NCBI GenBank assembly: GCA_023129715.1
Contig: JAGMBO010000054.1
Coordinates: 38,291 to 102,290 of the forward strand
Direction: 5' to 3'
Source: Candidatus Eiseniibacteriota bacterium
GTDB lineage: Bacteria; Eisenbacteria; RBG-16-71-46; CAIMUX01; WJJG01
DNA length: 64,000 bases
Notes under the pieces: generated by a model
What the model saw: only the letters and a program-made list of their open reading frames with translations
Told to the model about the DNA's origin: nothing
The model's database searches: none
Shown: piece after piece, positions 1 to 9,338 of the stretch
Numbering within the stretch: the first letter of the stretch is position 1
How the letters are laid out: each line of letters begins with the position of its first letter
Program-made: the position numbers and the translations under genes

Positions 1-496
1 ATTCCTGGGTGCCGACGAGACCCAGCCCCGCGAGTTGGTGATTACCGACCTGACCAACCGGGCCATGCCGCTAATCCGTTACGCGGTAGGTGATTACGGT
101 ATTGTAGCGCGCGGCGACTGCCCCTGTGGGCGTGGCCTGCCGCGCCTGCGTGAGGTAGCGGGACGGAGTGCCGACTTTCTCTATACGCCCGAAGGCGTGC
201 CCGTCTTCGGGATCTCCATTCTCGACACCTTCGTCATTCACATCCCCGGCATCAAGCAGCTCCAGATCGTCCAGTATCGCTACGACCATCTTCAGTTCCA
301 CATCGTCCGGGATGCTTCGTTCTCTCCAGCAAGCCTGGAGCGCCTCGAGCACACCATTCGGCAAGTCTTCGGTCCCCGCATGCGCTATGAGCTTCATTAC
401 GTCGATCGAATCGTGCAGAGCGAGCGGGGCAAGTACCGCTTCTCGATCTGCAAGATCCCCGGCCTCGGGTCTTCACAGCCGCCGGCCGATTCCTGA
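1..496 (+). CDS. Phenylacetate-CoA ligase family (PaaK/CapK-like) protein, C-terminal part; 5' truncated by window
   Basis: VITDLTNRAMPLIRYAVGD, CPCGRGLPRL..VAGR and terminal SERGKYRF motifs typical of PaaK/CapK-like adenylate-forming enzymes; frame is open from the window edge. Confidence 0.8.
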   Translation, partial: FLGADETQPRELVITDLTNRAMPLIRYAVGDYGIVARGDCPCGRGLPRLREVAGRSADFLYTPEGVPVFGISILDTFVIHIPGIKQLQIVQYRYDHLQFHIVRDASFSPASLERLEHTIRQVFGPRMRYELHYVDRIVQSERGKYRFSICKIPGLGSSQPPADS

Positions 497-517
497 CCGC
501 ATAGAAGGTGCCTATGC

Positions 518-2290
518 TCAAGGTTGTGGCTCAGCACCCAGCCGGCGCAGGATACGCTCTGCCCGATCACGAATCTGCACGTCCGCACCACTGCGCCGCA
601 GCGCCTCGCGGAACGCGCGCTCCGCCTTGCCGCGTCGCCCCGCAGCCAGAAGCGCTTCCCCGAGCGCGTAGTGCAGGCGCGGGTCCCAGAACGCAAGTTC
701 CCGCCCCCGCTCGAACTGATCGATCGCCTCCTCCAGCATTCCCTTCTTGCGGTAGGCGAGTCCGAGATTGAGGTGCATCGTGCGCCGATCCTCGCCGAAT
801 TGCGGCGCCAGGGCCAATGCCTGGCGGTAGTGAACGATGGCCTCGTCGAGCAAACCGAGATCCGAGAGCACGTTCGCGTAGTTCTCATGCCCCCGCGGTT
901 GCTCGGCGTCCACGTCCAGCGAGCGCTGCAGCAGATCGCGCGCCGCGTGAAGTTCTCCCTCGCGGGCCAGCCAAACACCGAGGTTGTTGAGCGCCAACGT
1001 CGCCCGCGGGTTCTTCCGCAGCGTGTCACGCCACACGCTGGGCGCGTCGCGGTAGATGTGCGCCTGCTGCCAGGTGAGTCCTCCGAGGACCAGCAGGAGC
1101 GCACCCGCCCCGGCCACCAAGAGACCCCGCCGCCAGCGTCGCCACCCAGCCGCGAGCCGCCCGAGTCCCCCCGCGCAGGCGGCGATCAGGACGATGCTCG
1201 CGTGGTACTGGAAGTGATCCGCCACGAAGGAGTACTGCATCGGGAAGACATCGATGAAACCCAGCGCCGGGAAGAGCACGCCCGCGAAGACGCAGGCCGC
1301 CACCAGCGGGCCCCGTCCCAGACGGCCGCGCCACAACCAGAGCGCCGCCAGCGCCGCGCCCACCCCCAGTGGATAGAACCACTGCCACCACACCACCGCG
1401 TCGACGCTCCAGCGGCGATAAACGAATGTCAGCTCGGCCGGCCAAACCAGTTTGCCTGCATAGAACCAGAGCGCCCTTCCCGCGATCAGCACCCGGTCCA
1501 GGAAGCTAAGGTCGAATGCCGGCCCCTGGGCACCCACCTGGTGTTTCTCCAGGAACGCGGTGAAAAGACCCGCGGCGAGACCCAAGGCGAACATCGGCAA
1601 CAGCGACATCACATCCCTGCGCGTCAGGAAACCCCGTCGCCACCAAAGAACCAGCAGCAAGGCGCCGGGCAGCATCGCCACGACGGTCTTGCTCAATAGC
1701 CCTAGGAGAAAGAGCACCAGCGCGGCGGCATACCAGCCGAGCCCGCCGCGTGGCCGGGAGCTCAGGCCGGCGAAGCGCACATAGGCGAGGGCGGCCCCCA
1801 GTGCAAAGAGGCCTGAGAGCACGTTCTTGCGTTCGGTGATCCAGGCCACGCTCTCGACCTGCACGGGATGGAGCGCGAACAGGGCGGCCCCCAGCCAGGC
1901 AAAGGGAAGACCAAGGGCGCGCAGGAGCGTCCAGAGGAGCAGTGCATTGGCGGCGTGCAGCAGGACATTGACCAGATGGAAGGGAAATGGATCGGGATCC
2001 TCGCCCGGGAAAGGATCGTCCATCCGGTGCTGGATCCAGAAGGAGCTATGCACCAGCGGGTAGTACTGCACTGTCGCGCTCGGATCAAACCAGATCCGTT
2101 CCAGCCCCTTGGGGCTCCGCAGCTCAACGTTCTCCGTCACATAGCGGTCATCGTCCCAGATGTACCCACCCTCGAGTGCGGGACCGTAGGCAACCAGCGT
2201 CACCACGACCAGCAGGAGCGCCCCGCACAGCCAGACCCGGCTCGTGCGCATCGCCCCGGTCCGTCGATCAGCGCTCCGCTTCTGCCCCAT
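518..2290 (-). CDS. TMTC-like GT-C glycosyltransferase (O-mannosyltransferase-like) with C-terminal TPR repeats
   Basis: YIWDD after first TM helix, FHLVNVLLH, LFALHPVQVESVAWITERK, ADHFQY, many TM helices then TPRs; GGAGG upstream of GTG/ATG at 2293/2290. Confidence 0.8.
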   Translation of the reverse strand: MGQKRSADRRTGAMRTSRVWLCGALLLVVVTLVAYGPALEGGYIWDDDRYVTENVELRSPKGLERIWFDPSATVQYYPLVHSSFWIQHRMDDPFPGEDPDPFPFHLVNVLLHAANALLLWTLLRALGLPFAWLGAALFALHPVQVESVAWITERKNVLSGLFALGAALAYVRFAGLSSRPRGGLGWYAAALVLFLLGLLSKTVVAMLPGALLLVLWWRRGFLTRRDVMSLLPMFALGLAAGLFTAFLEKHQVGAQGPAFDLSFLDRVLIAGRALWFYAGKLVWPAELTFVYRRWSVDAVVWWQWFYPLGVGAALAALWLWRGRLGRGPLVAACVFAGVLFPALGFIDVFPMQYSFVADHFQYHASIVLIAACAGGLGRLAAGWRRWRRGLLVAGAGALLLVLGGLTWQQAHIYRDAPSVWRDTLRKNPRATLALNNLGVWLAREGELHAARDLLQRSLDVDAEQPRGHENYANVLSDLGLLDEAIVHYRQALALAPQFGEDRRTMHLNLGLAYRKKGMLEEAIDQFERGRELAFWDPRLHYALGEALLAAGRRGKAERAFREALRRSGADVQIRDRAERILRRLGAEPQP

Positions 2291-2412
2291 CACCTGCCAT
2301 CCTCCCTCGCACCCTAGCACCACGAAGAGCCCCGCCAAGTAAAACAACCCGGCATCTCGCCGCGTCTACGTGCTGACCAGAGTACTCGGCCGCGGCGCCA
2401 TTGCCGCGTTGG

Positions 2413-3771
2413 CTACACGTTCACATGCAGCCATCTGCCGCGGCGGAAGTACGCGTAGAATCCCATGGCCCCCAGCGCTGTCGCGCCAGTGACCGCCCAC
2501 CAGACCGCCACCGGCCCCAGCCCGAGCACTCTGCTCAGCACGTAGACGGCCGGCACCTCCAGCACCCAGGCCTCAATCATGCTACAGACCATCGCCGGCC
2601 GGTTTTCCCCCACACCCGCGTAGATGTTCTCCATCATGATGTGGAGCCCGATGAAGGGAAACCCCACCGCCAGCACGCGCATCAGCTCGATGCCATGGCC
2701 GATTGTCTCGGGGTCAGTGAAAAACCGGCGCATGATCGCACCCGCACCGAAGAAGACGACCCCCGCCAGCACAAGCATCAGTCCCAACGCCAGCAGCATC
2801 GCCTGTTGTGCGGTGCGCCGCGCGCGTTCGAGCTTTCCCGCGCCAAGATTATGACCGATCAACGCCGAGAGACCTAGACCGATCCCGACCACCATCATCA
2901 CCCCGAAGGCGGTCACCCGCGTGCCGATTCCGTATGCGGCCACCACCCCCATGCCGAAAGTCGCGATCATCGGCATGATCGCGGTGCGCGCCAGCGAGAA
3001 GGAGACCGAACCGATCGCTGAGGGGCCGCCGATCTTCATGATTTGCGCCATCACGCGCCACTGCACCGGCCGCCCTCCACGCAGATGCAGGCGCACGTGC
3101 GCGCCACCCCCGACGAAGATGAGCACCCCGACCGTGAAGGCAACGGCGTAGGAGATCACAGAGGCCCATGCCGCCCCCGCGATTCCGAGGGCAGGAAAGA
3201 TCCACCAGCCGAAGATCATCAAGGGGTCGAGCACGATGTTGAGCCCCGTAAAGCCGAGCATCAGGAGCATGGCCTTCTTCGGGTTGGCGACACCCCGCAG
3301 GGCGGTGAACACCGAGTAGGTCGCGAAGTTGAAACCCAGCCCGGCGAAGATGATCCGCCCATAGGTCGTGCCCAGCCCGATCACTTCCCCCTGCGCGCCG
3401 AGCAAGCGCACGATCCAGGGAACGGTGAGGAAACCGAGGGCCCCCACCAGGAGCGCGGCGATCCATTTCAACAAGAAGGTCTCGCGGATGGCCAGTTCGG
3501 TCCCCAGCACATCGCCCTCGCCGTAGCGCCGCGAGATGACCGCCACCGAGCCGGCCCCCACGATCATGTTGGCCGAGTGAATCACCCAGAGAAACGGCGC
3601 GAGGATGGAAACTGCAGCGACCGGAGCGGATCCGAGACGCGAGAGCCAGTAGGCGTCGACCAGGTCGTACAGGTTGCCGACCGCGAAACCGATCATCGAG
3701 GGCACCCCCATGCGCAGGATCGAGCCGATGATCGAACCTTCGGTGTGGTCGCCGCTCTGCAGCGGTTTCAC
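2413..3771 (-). CDS. MATE family efflux transporter
   Basis: TEGSI, LYDLVDAYW, NIVLDPLMIFGW..GIAGAAWAS, GHNLGAGK; about 12 TM segments. Confidence 0.9.
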   Translation of the reverse strand: MKPLQSGDHTEGSIIGSILRMGVPSMIGFAVGNLYDLVDAYWLSRLGSAPVAAVSILAPFLWVIHSANMIVGAGSVAVISRRYGEGDVLGTELAIRETFLLKWIAALLVGALGFLTVPWIVRLLGAQGEVIGLGTTYGRIIFAGLGFNFATYSVFTALRGVANPKKAMLLMLGFTGLNIVLDPLMIFGWWIFPALGIAGAAWASVISYAVAFTVGVLIFVGGGAHVRLHLRGGRPVQWRVMAQIMKIGGPSAIGSVSFSLARTAIMPMIATFGMGVVAAYGIGTRVTAFGVMMVVGIGLGLSALIGHNLGAGKLERARRTAQQAMLLALGLMLVLAGVVFFGAGAIMRRFFTDPETIGHGIELMRVLAVGFPFIGLHIMMENIYAGVGENRPAMVCSMIEAWVLEVPAVYVLSRVLGLGPVAVWWAVTGATALGAMGFYAYFRRGRWLHVNV

Positions 3772-3858
3772 GACGGGCGCCCCCCCCCGACTTGTCTACC
3801 CAGCGCCGGTGATGCGAATCCTGCCACGCGCCCGCGGCGCGCGTCGATGGGAATCCCC

Positions 3859-3887
3859 TTGCCACGGCGGCGGGCAGAGCTTAAGCT
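3859..3887 (+). promoter_or_regulatory. Putative sigma70 promoter for the secreted protein at 3952
   Basis: TTGCCA-N17-TAAGCT in the divergent intergenic region. Confidence 0.5.
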
Positions 3888-3951
3888 TATGCGTTGGAGA
3901 AGGCGTCGATATCCGTGGCGCCGCCCCGACCATCCTCCCCGGAGGTGTCCG

Positions 3952-5067
3952 ATGACGATCCGCCGCCCTGCCGCTTCGTTCGCCCTGCTCCTACCGGCAC
4001 TCCTGCCCCTGCTGGCCCTGCTGGTTCCCTCTCCCGTACAAGGTGCATCCACCCGCTCCTGCGGTGATCACCACTGGGAACCCTGCGAGTGGTGCGGCCA
4101 GGACGCCTATCAGGACGTCGGCTGGCCCGAGATGAACCATGACTGCCAGATCGAACTCGTCGACTTCGGCCTCTTCGCCCAGGATTGGGCCCTGAGCGGT
4201 CCCGCACTGAGTGGGGATTTCAACGCCGACACCTATGTCGATCTTCTCGATTTTCAGATCTTCGCCTTCTTCTACAATCTGCCCGTCGACCCCTGCGTCC
4301 CCTGTGGTTTGGTGCCCGACGGCTGTCGCGGCACGATCCGGCTCTCGGCCAACGGTTTCGATCCGGAAGTGGACCTAGACCAGATCCTGCTTTCTCCTGG
4401 TGTCCAGGCCGCCGCCATGGTCGTGGTCGAGGATTGCGCGGGTCTGATGGCGGCTGACTGGACCCTGCACTTCAGTCCGAATGTCCAGGTGCTGGGGCGA
4501 TACAGCGAGGGCATCCTCGAGATTTCTTCGGCGACCGCCTTCGGTTTCCCACTCGATGGCGCCGCGCACTTCCTCGGCGGATGCAGCTTCGTCGTGCTCG
4601 ATGACGACCCCGCCTGGATCCGTCTGACCAGCGCCGCGGGGCCTGGATGGGAGCTCGCCTGGGCCCAGATCCCTCCGGCGCGCAAGGTCTACTTCCCGCG
4701 CGTTGCTCACCTGGGCATCAATGGCCCGCCGCCACCCGATTCCCTCGGCTGTCAACCGAGCGGCCTCGAGAGCCCCACGGGCGCGGATGCCGCGCGCAGC
4801 ATGATTCGCTGCCGGCCCAACCCCGCCCGCGAGCGGGTCCGCGTCTCGCTCCAGCTCGCCGCACGTCAGGATGTGGATCTGGTTGCCTGTGACGTTTTGG
4901 GCCGCGTGATCCGTCACCTGCATGCGGGCATGCTTGGTCCCGGAACCGTCGAGCTCGATTGGGATGGGTGCACGCAAGAGGGTAACCCGGTGGCCCCCGG
5001 CATCTACTGGCTGCGCATCATCGGGCCGCACATCGACCAGCGGGCGCCGATCGTCTGGCTGCGATGA
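3952..5067 (+). CDS. Secreted Cys-rich protein with dockerin-like EF-hand pair and C-terminal FlgD-Ig/T9SS-type sorting domain
   Basis: GGAGG then ATG at 3952; signal peptide; EMNHDCQIELVDF and GDFNADTYVDLLDF repeats; C-terminal PNP...WDG...G.PVAPGIYWLRI. Confidence 0.75.
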   Translation: MTIRRPAASFALLLPALLPLLALLVPSPVQGASTRSCGDHHWEPCEWCGQDAYQDVGWPEMNHDCQIELVDFGLFAQDWALSGPALSGDFNADTYVDLLDFQIFAFFYNLPVDPCVPCGLVPDGCRGTIRLSANGFDPEVDLDQILLSPGVQAAAMVVVEDCAGLMAADWTLHFSPNVQVLGRYSEGILEISSATAFGFPLDGAAHFLGGCSFVVLDDDPAWIRLTSAAGPGWELAWAQIPPARKVYFPRVAHLGINGPPPPDSLGCQPSGLESPTGADAARSMIRCRPNPARERVRVSLQLAARQDVDLVACDVLGRVIRHLHAGMLGPGTVELDWDGCTQEGNPVAPGIYWLRIIGPHIDQRAPIVWLR

Positions 5068-5619
5068 TTACTCCCCTTCCCCAAAGATGATCAGGCTGCG
5101 GATCTGTTGCGCGGTGAGCCCCTCGGCCAGCAGGGGAGCGCGGCCATCGAGATAGCCAAGTTCCACCAGAAAGGCGATGCCCGTCATTTCGGCCCCTGCC
5201 CGGCGCACCAGACGCGTGGCCGCGGCGGCGGTCCCGCCGGTGGCGAGTAGATCGTCGACGATCAGCACTCGCTGTCCCTCCCCCACCGCATCAACGTGCA
5301 TCTCGAGCGCATTCTCGCCATATTCCAGCCGGTAGGACTCACGCAACGTCTTCCAGGGTAGCTTGCCCGGCTTGCGGAACGGAAAGAAGGGACGCTCGCT
5401 GTCGTGCGCGATCAGGGTTCCCAGAATCAGCCCCCGCGCCTCGATCCCACCCACGACATCGAAGCTGCTGACCGGAAACTCTGCGAGGATCTGGTCGACA
5501 CAGCGGCGCGCGAGCGCCGGATCCTGGAATACGGTCGTTACGTCCTTAAAGGCGATCCCGGGCTTCGGGAAGTCCGGGATCGTGCGAATAACGGCCTTCA
5601 AGGCCTTGGTCAGTTCCAT
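5068..5619 (-). CDS. apt: Adenine phosphoribosyltransferase
   Basis: IRTIPDFPKPGIAFKD, GIEARG, RKPGKLP, VLIVDDLLATGGT. Confidence 0.95.
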   Translation of the reverse strand: MELTKALKAVIRTIPDFPKPGIAFKDVTTVFQDPALARRCVDQILAEFPVSSFDVVGGIEARGLILGTLIAHDSERPFFPFRKPGKLPWKTLRESYRLEYGENALEMHVDAVGEGQRVLIVDDLLATGGTAAAATRLVRRAGAEMTGIAFLVELGYLDGRAPLLAEGLTAQQIRSLIIFGEGE

Positions 5620-6710
5620 TCTCCTGCTCCCGCCCGCATTTGCCGCAGACGGTCGCTTTCCTCTTCCTGGGTCTCGATCCAATCACGCATGCGCCGCAGG
5701 GCGCGCTTCTCGATCTGGCGCACCCGCTCGCGACTCACCCCCAGGAACATCCCCGTCTGTGTTAGGCTACGTGGCCGACCATCCATGAAACCATAGCGAA
5801 TGCGCAGCACCAACACCTCTTTTTCAGAAAGCTCCTGAATGAGTTCCTCCAAGTGCGCGTGTTCCAACTGGCGAAAGATGACCTCTTCCGCCGAGGGTTC
5901 CGCCGGAATGCGGTCGAAAAGACTGAGGCGCTGCGAGGCATCGCCGGCAACCTCCTCGTCCAGCGATCGGATTCCATGGAGCAGCGCCACGACCCGCTGG
6001 CCGCGCCGGGGCCCGAACCCGGCTGCGCGGCAGATCTCCTCGGAATCGGGGCGGCGCTCGAGAGAGAGGCTCAGGCGACGTTCGTGTTCCAGGTACTTGT
6101 GAAGCGCACGCATGACGTGCAAGGGGATTCTGAGCGTGCGGGACTGTTCGGCCACCCCGGTGGCGATCGCCTGGCGGATCCACCATGCCGCATAGGTCGA
6201 AAACCGGAAGCCCCTCTCGGGATCGAAGCGCTCGACCGCCGTGATCAGCCCGAGATTGCCGTCCTCGATGAGGTCCTCGAGATCCACGCCCCGGCCGGTG
6301 AAACGCCGCGCAAGGCTGACGACCAGGCGCAGATTGCTGCGCACCATCCGCTCGCGCGCCCGCATGTCACCCGCTCGCACTCGCCGGCCGAGCCGGCGTT
6401 CATCTTCCGCTGTCAGGAGCGCATAGCGACTGACATCCCGAAAGTAGAGCGCCAGAGCATCCAGCGATGCCGCCGGGCGCATCGGCGGATGGGGACGCTC
6501 CCGGATGGTGATCCCGAGCGTGACGGTCAGGTCGAGGAAGAGGGCGAACTCCGCCGGATCGGGAGGATGAGCCAACAGGGACGCCTCTACCTCCGCGGCC
6601 CGCAGAGTACCCTGATCCTGGCCCTTCTCGAGCAACTTGGTCAGCGTCAGAACCTTGGACCGGGTCTTGCCTGCCGACCGCCTTACTGTGGTGGTATTCA
6701 GTGCACACAT
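5610..6710 (-). CDS. RNA polymerase sigma-70 family factor, group 2 (RpoS-like)
   Basis: Region 1.2 DALALYFRDV, region 2 NLRLVVSLAR/DLIEDGNLGL/FSTYAAWWIRQAI, region 4 GVSRERVRQIE; surE-pcm...apt synteny. Confidence 0.85.
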   Translation of the reverse strand: MCALNTTTVRRSAGKTRSKVLTLTKLLEKGQDQGTLRAAEVEASLLAHPPDPAEFALFLDLTVTLGITIRERPHPPMRPAASLDALALYFRDVSRYALLTAEDERRLGRRVRAGDMRARERMVRSNLRLVVSLARRFTGRGVDLEDLIEDGNLGLITAVERFDPERGFRFSTYAAWWIRQAIATGVAEQSRTLRIPLHVMRALHKYLEHERRLSLSLERRPDSEEICRAAGFGPRRGQRVVALLHGIRSLDEEVAGDASQRLSLFDRIPAEPSAEEVIFRQLEHAHLEELIQELSEKEVLVLRIRYGFMDGRPRSLTQTGMFLGVSRERVRQIEKRALRRMRDWIETQEEESDRLRQMRAGAGEWN

Positions 6711-6711
6711 A

Positions 6712-6736
6712 AGCCCCCCTTTCCAGGAGGGGGGCT
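6712..6736 (-). promoter_or_regulatory. 9-bp hairpin covering the sigma-factor RBS (alternatively the tRNA terminator)
   Basis: mRNA AGCCCCCCU-CCUGGAA-AGGGGGGCU-U-AUG; perfect inverted repeat. Confidence 0.6.
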
Positions 6737-6767
6737 CCATGGAATACAAAGTTTTACTGACTGAATG

Positions 6768-6841
6768 TCGGGGCGACTGGATTTGAACCAGCGACTCCCT
6801 AGTCCCGAACCAGGTGCGCTACCGGACTGCGCTACGCCCCG
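6768..6841 (-). tRNA. tRNA-Pro(CGG), full CCA not encoded
   Basis: CGGGGCGTAGCGCAGTCCGGTAGCGCACCTGGTTCGGGACTAGG...GGTTCAAATCCAGTCGCCCCGA cloverleaf. Confidence 0.95.
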
Positions 6842-6862
6842 ACGTAGCAAAGACCTAACTCA

Positions 6863-6891
6863 AGTCTGCACCCCATGAATCGTCAGGTCAA
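6863..6891 (-). promoter_or_regulatory. Putative promoter for tRNA-Pro(CGG) and the sigma gene
   Basis: TTGACC-N17-CAGACT about 20 nt upstream of the tRNA. Confidence 0.45.
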
Positions 6892-7023
6892 GAACCTTTC
6901 TTCTCTCTTTTGATACCCAGCCCTCGCATGCCGGGCATTTCATGCCCCTCTCACGCATCTGCTACCCCGATCCGCCACCCTGTTGCGCGCACCCGGGGTC
7001 CCGCGCGCCCCTGGCCCGGCTGC

Positions 7024-7527
7024 TCATCGCCCGATCAGGCTGAAGATTCCCAGACTGGCTAGGGTCATGATCGTCCCGGAGATAACAACGCCGAGAGCCA
7101 CACAGGGCAGCGCTCGCCGGAAGGGGATGCCGAAGACGAAGGCGGCCGCCGAGCCCGTCCAGGCCCCCGTCACCGGCAGGGGAATCGCCACGAAGAGCGT
7201 CAAGCCGATCGCCCCATAGCGCTCGACGAGCCGCCCCCGCCGCCGCGTGCGCTCGAAGAGCCAAGTGAAGAACCGGTCGAGCTGGGGGCTGCGTCGCCGC
7301 AACAGATCGGAACCGGGTCCCAGATAGAGCAAGATCGGCACGATCGGCACCAGGTTCCCGCAGAAGGCGATCCCAAAGGCCGCGGCCCAGTGGAGCGGCG
7401 GCCCCATCGCCGGGCTGAGCGCCCAGGGGATCGCACCGCGCAGCTCCACGATCGGCAGCATCGAGATGACGAAGACGACCCATTCCTTCGGCAGGCCGGC
7501 GAACCATTGCGCGATCTGCTCAGTCAT
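7024..7527 (-). CDS. Putative small multidrug export-type membrane protein (COG2426)
   Basis: ISMLPIVELRGAIP and LFVAIPLPVTGAWTG signature motifs. Confidence 0.85.
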   Translation of the reverse strand: MTEQIAQWFAGLPKEWVVFVISMLPIVELRGAIPWALSPAMGPPLHWAAAFGIAFCGNLVPIVPILLYLGPGSDLLRRRSPQLDRFFTWLFERTRRRGRLVERYGAIGLTLFVAIPLPVTGAWTGSAAAFVFGIPFRRALPCVALGVVISGTIMTLASLGIFSLIGR

Positions 7528-8170
7528 CCCCCCACCCCTCCTTCCCAAGCAACGGAACGAAGACGCAGGCGGTCTCCTCGCGGCGCTCGTAGTGCTCCCC
7601 ACGCCGGGTCACGACCAGCAGTGACTGATTCGCACGCGAACCCGCCGGCACGACCAGCCGTCCCCCATCGGCCAGCTGAGCCAGTAGCGATGGGGGAATC
7701 TCGGGTGCCCCTGCGGTAACGATGATGCCCTGATAGGGAGCATAGCTGATCCAGCCGATCGAGCCATCCCCTACCCGTTCGATGACGTTGGTCAGGTCGA
7801 GTTCGCGGAACAGGGCCCGGGCCCGCTCGGCCAGCGGGGCGATGCGTTCGATGGTGAAGACCGTATGCACGAGGCGACTCAGGATCGCCGCCTGGTAGCC
7901 CGAGCCGGTCCCCACTTCCAGGACCCGGTCGTGCCGCTCTGGCGCGAGCGCGCAGGTCATCAGTGCAACCATATAGGGCTGGGAGATCGTCTGCCCGAAG
8001 CCGATCGGCAGCGCCCGGTCGGCGTAGGCTTCACCATCGAGGGCCGGGTCGACGAAGCGATGCCGCGGCACCCTGAGAAAGGCCTCCAGCACCCGCGCGT
8101 CGCGAAGGCCGCGCCGGCGCAGCTGGGTCTCGACCATGCGCGCACGGGCCTGGGGATAGTCCCGGGTCAC
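7520..8170 (-). CDS. pcm: Protein-L-isoaspartate O-methyltransferase
   Basis: VPRHRFV, GQTISQPYMVA, VLEVGTGSGYQAA, FVPLLG. Confidence 0.95.
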   Translation of the reverse strand: MTRDYPQARARMVETQLRRRGLRDARVLEAFLRVPRHRFVDPALDGEAYADRALPIGFGQTISQPYMVALMTCALAPERHDRVLEVGTGSGYQAAILSRLVHTVFTIERIAPLAERARALFRELDLTNVIERVGDGSIGWISYAPYQGIIVTAGAPEIPPSLLAQLADGGRLVVPAGSRANQSLLVVTRRGEHYERREETACVFVPLLGKEGWGDD

Positions 8171-8961
8171 GGTCTCCTCTCACGCCTCTCGGATGCAACC
8201 AACCCGCTCCACGCACCCTCCCAATCATGCAGCGTCTCGAGGGCGTCCCGATCGGTCCAGTCCAAACGCAGCGGGGTCACGGAAACGAAATTCGCCGAGA
8301 CAGCACCGAAGTCGCTGAGCGGGTCCTGTTCCCAAACCGGGGGATCCCCGCCGATCCAGTAGTACTTGCGTCCCCGCGGATCGGTCCGCGTCTGGATTTC
8401 ATCCCGATAGACGCGCTTGCCCAGGTGGGTCACATGGATCCCCGCGATTTCCTCCACCGCCACGTCGGGAATGTTGACGTTGAGCAGTCCCTGCTGGAAG
8501 CCGGCGTGGCGCATGAAGAACCCGACCATGCGGCCGGCGATCTCGGCCGAGGCATCGAGGTGCTCGGGATGCCAGACGGCACTCGAGAAGGCAATCGCCG
8601 GTAGGCCCAACAGCGATCCCTCCATCGCCGCTGCGACCGTTCCACTGTAGGTGACATCCTCGCCCATGTTGGGACCATGGTTGATTCCGGCGACGACCAG
8701 TTCGGGCCGCGGCTCCATCAGTCCATGAATCCCGCGCACACCGACGAGCACGCAGTCGGTCGGGGTGCCCGAAAGGGCGAAGCGGCGCTCACCGCAGCGG
8801 CGCAGGCGGAGGGGCTCATTGAGCGTCAGGGCGTGGCTCGAAGCGCTTTGCTCGCGCTCCGGAGCGACCACCCAGAGCTCCCCGAAGTTGCGCAGCACCC
8901 CCTCAAGGGCCTCCAGGCCGGGCGCCCCGAGGCCGTCGTCATTGGTCAGCAGGATGCGCAC
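8167..8961 (-). CDS. surE: 5'/3'-nucleotidase SurE
   Basis: RILLTNDDG, SGTPTDCV, GINHGPNMG..VTYSGTVAAA; start GTG 8961 or TTG 8964. Confidence 0.95.
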   Translation of the reverse strand: MRILLTNDDGLGAPGLEALEGVLRNFGELWVVAPEREQSASSHALTLNEPLRLRRCGERRFALSGTPTDCVLVGVRGIHGLMEPRPELVVAGINHGPNMGEDVTYSGTVAAAMEGSLLGLPAIAFSSAVWHPEHLDASAEIAGRMVGFFMRHAGFQQGLLNVNIPDVAVEEIAGIHVTHLGKRVYRDEIQTRTDPRGRKYYWIGGDPPVWEQDPLSDFGAVSANFVSVTPLRLDWTDRDALETLHDWEGAWSGLVASERRERRP

Positions 8962-9039
8962 CAAATCCCCCTGGGATCGTCCGACAGCCGCCGGGCCCAC
9001 GCCCCGCGGGCCCCAGGGCATTTCGCGGGTAAAAGAAAA

Positions 9040-9116
<77 letters not shown>

Positions 9117-9146
9117 ACCTAAACCGGTATTCCCTACGTAAGCTCC

Positions 9147-9176
9147 ATGCTACCAATAAGGTTATCGGACAGACAA
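9147..9176 (-). promoter_or_regulatory. Putative promoter for tRNA-Pro(GGG)-surE
   Basis: TTGTCT-N18-TAGCAT with TG extension in an AT-richer stretch. Confidence 0.4.
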
Positions 9177-9271
9177 GCCCCAATGTTGACCGATGCGCGG
9201 CTGCCCCACCCCCGCCGGCCGCGAAGCGTTCTTCGTCACATGGGACAACAGCCCGCTCCTGCCGCGGCCCG

Positions 9272-9338
9272 GCTCAGCGCGCCGGTCCTGGCTCGCCACG
9301 CTCGCCCCAGTCCTAGCTCGCCAGAGCTCAGCGCGCCG
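9272..9338. repeat. Nested short direct repeats at and downstream of the merR stop
   Basis: GCTCAGCGCGCCG at 9272 and 9326; GTCCT(G/A)GCTCGCCA at 9285 and 9310. Confidence 0.6.

Noticed and set aside
3043-3951. N-terminal 303 aa of the 674-aa ORF
   Set aside because: Antisense to the MATE gene; RBS and signal peptide place the start at 3952
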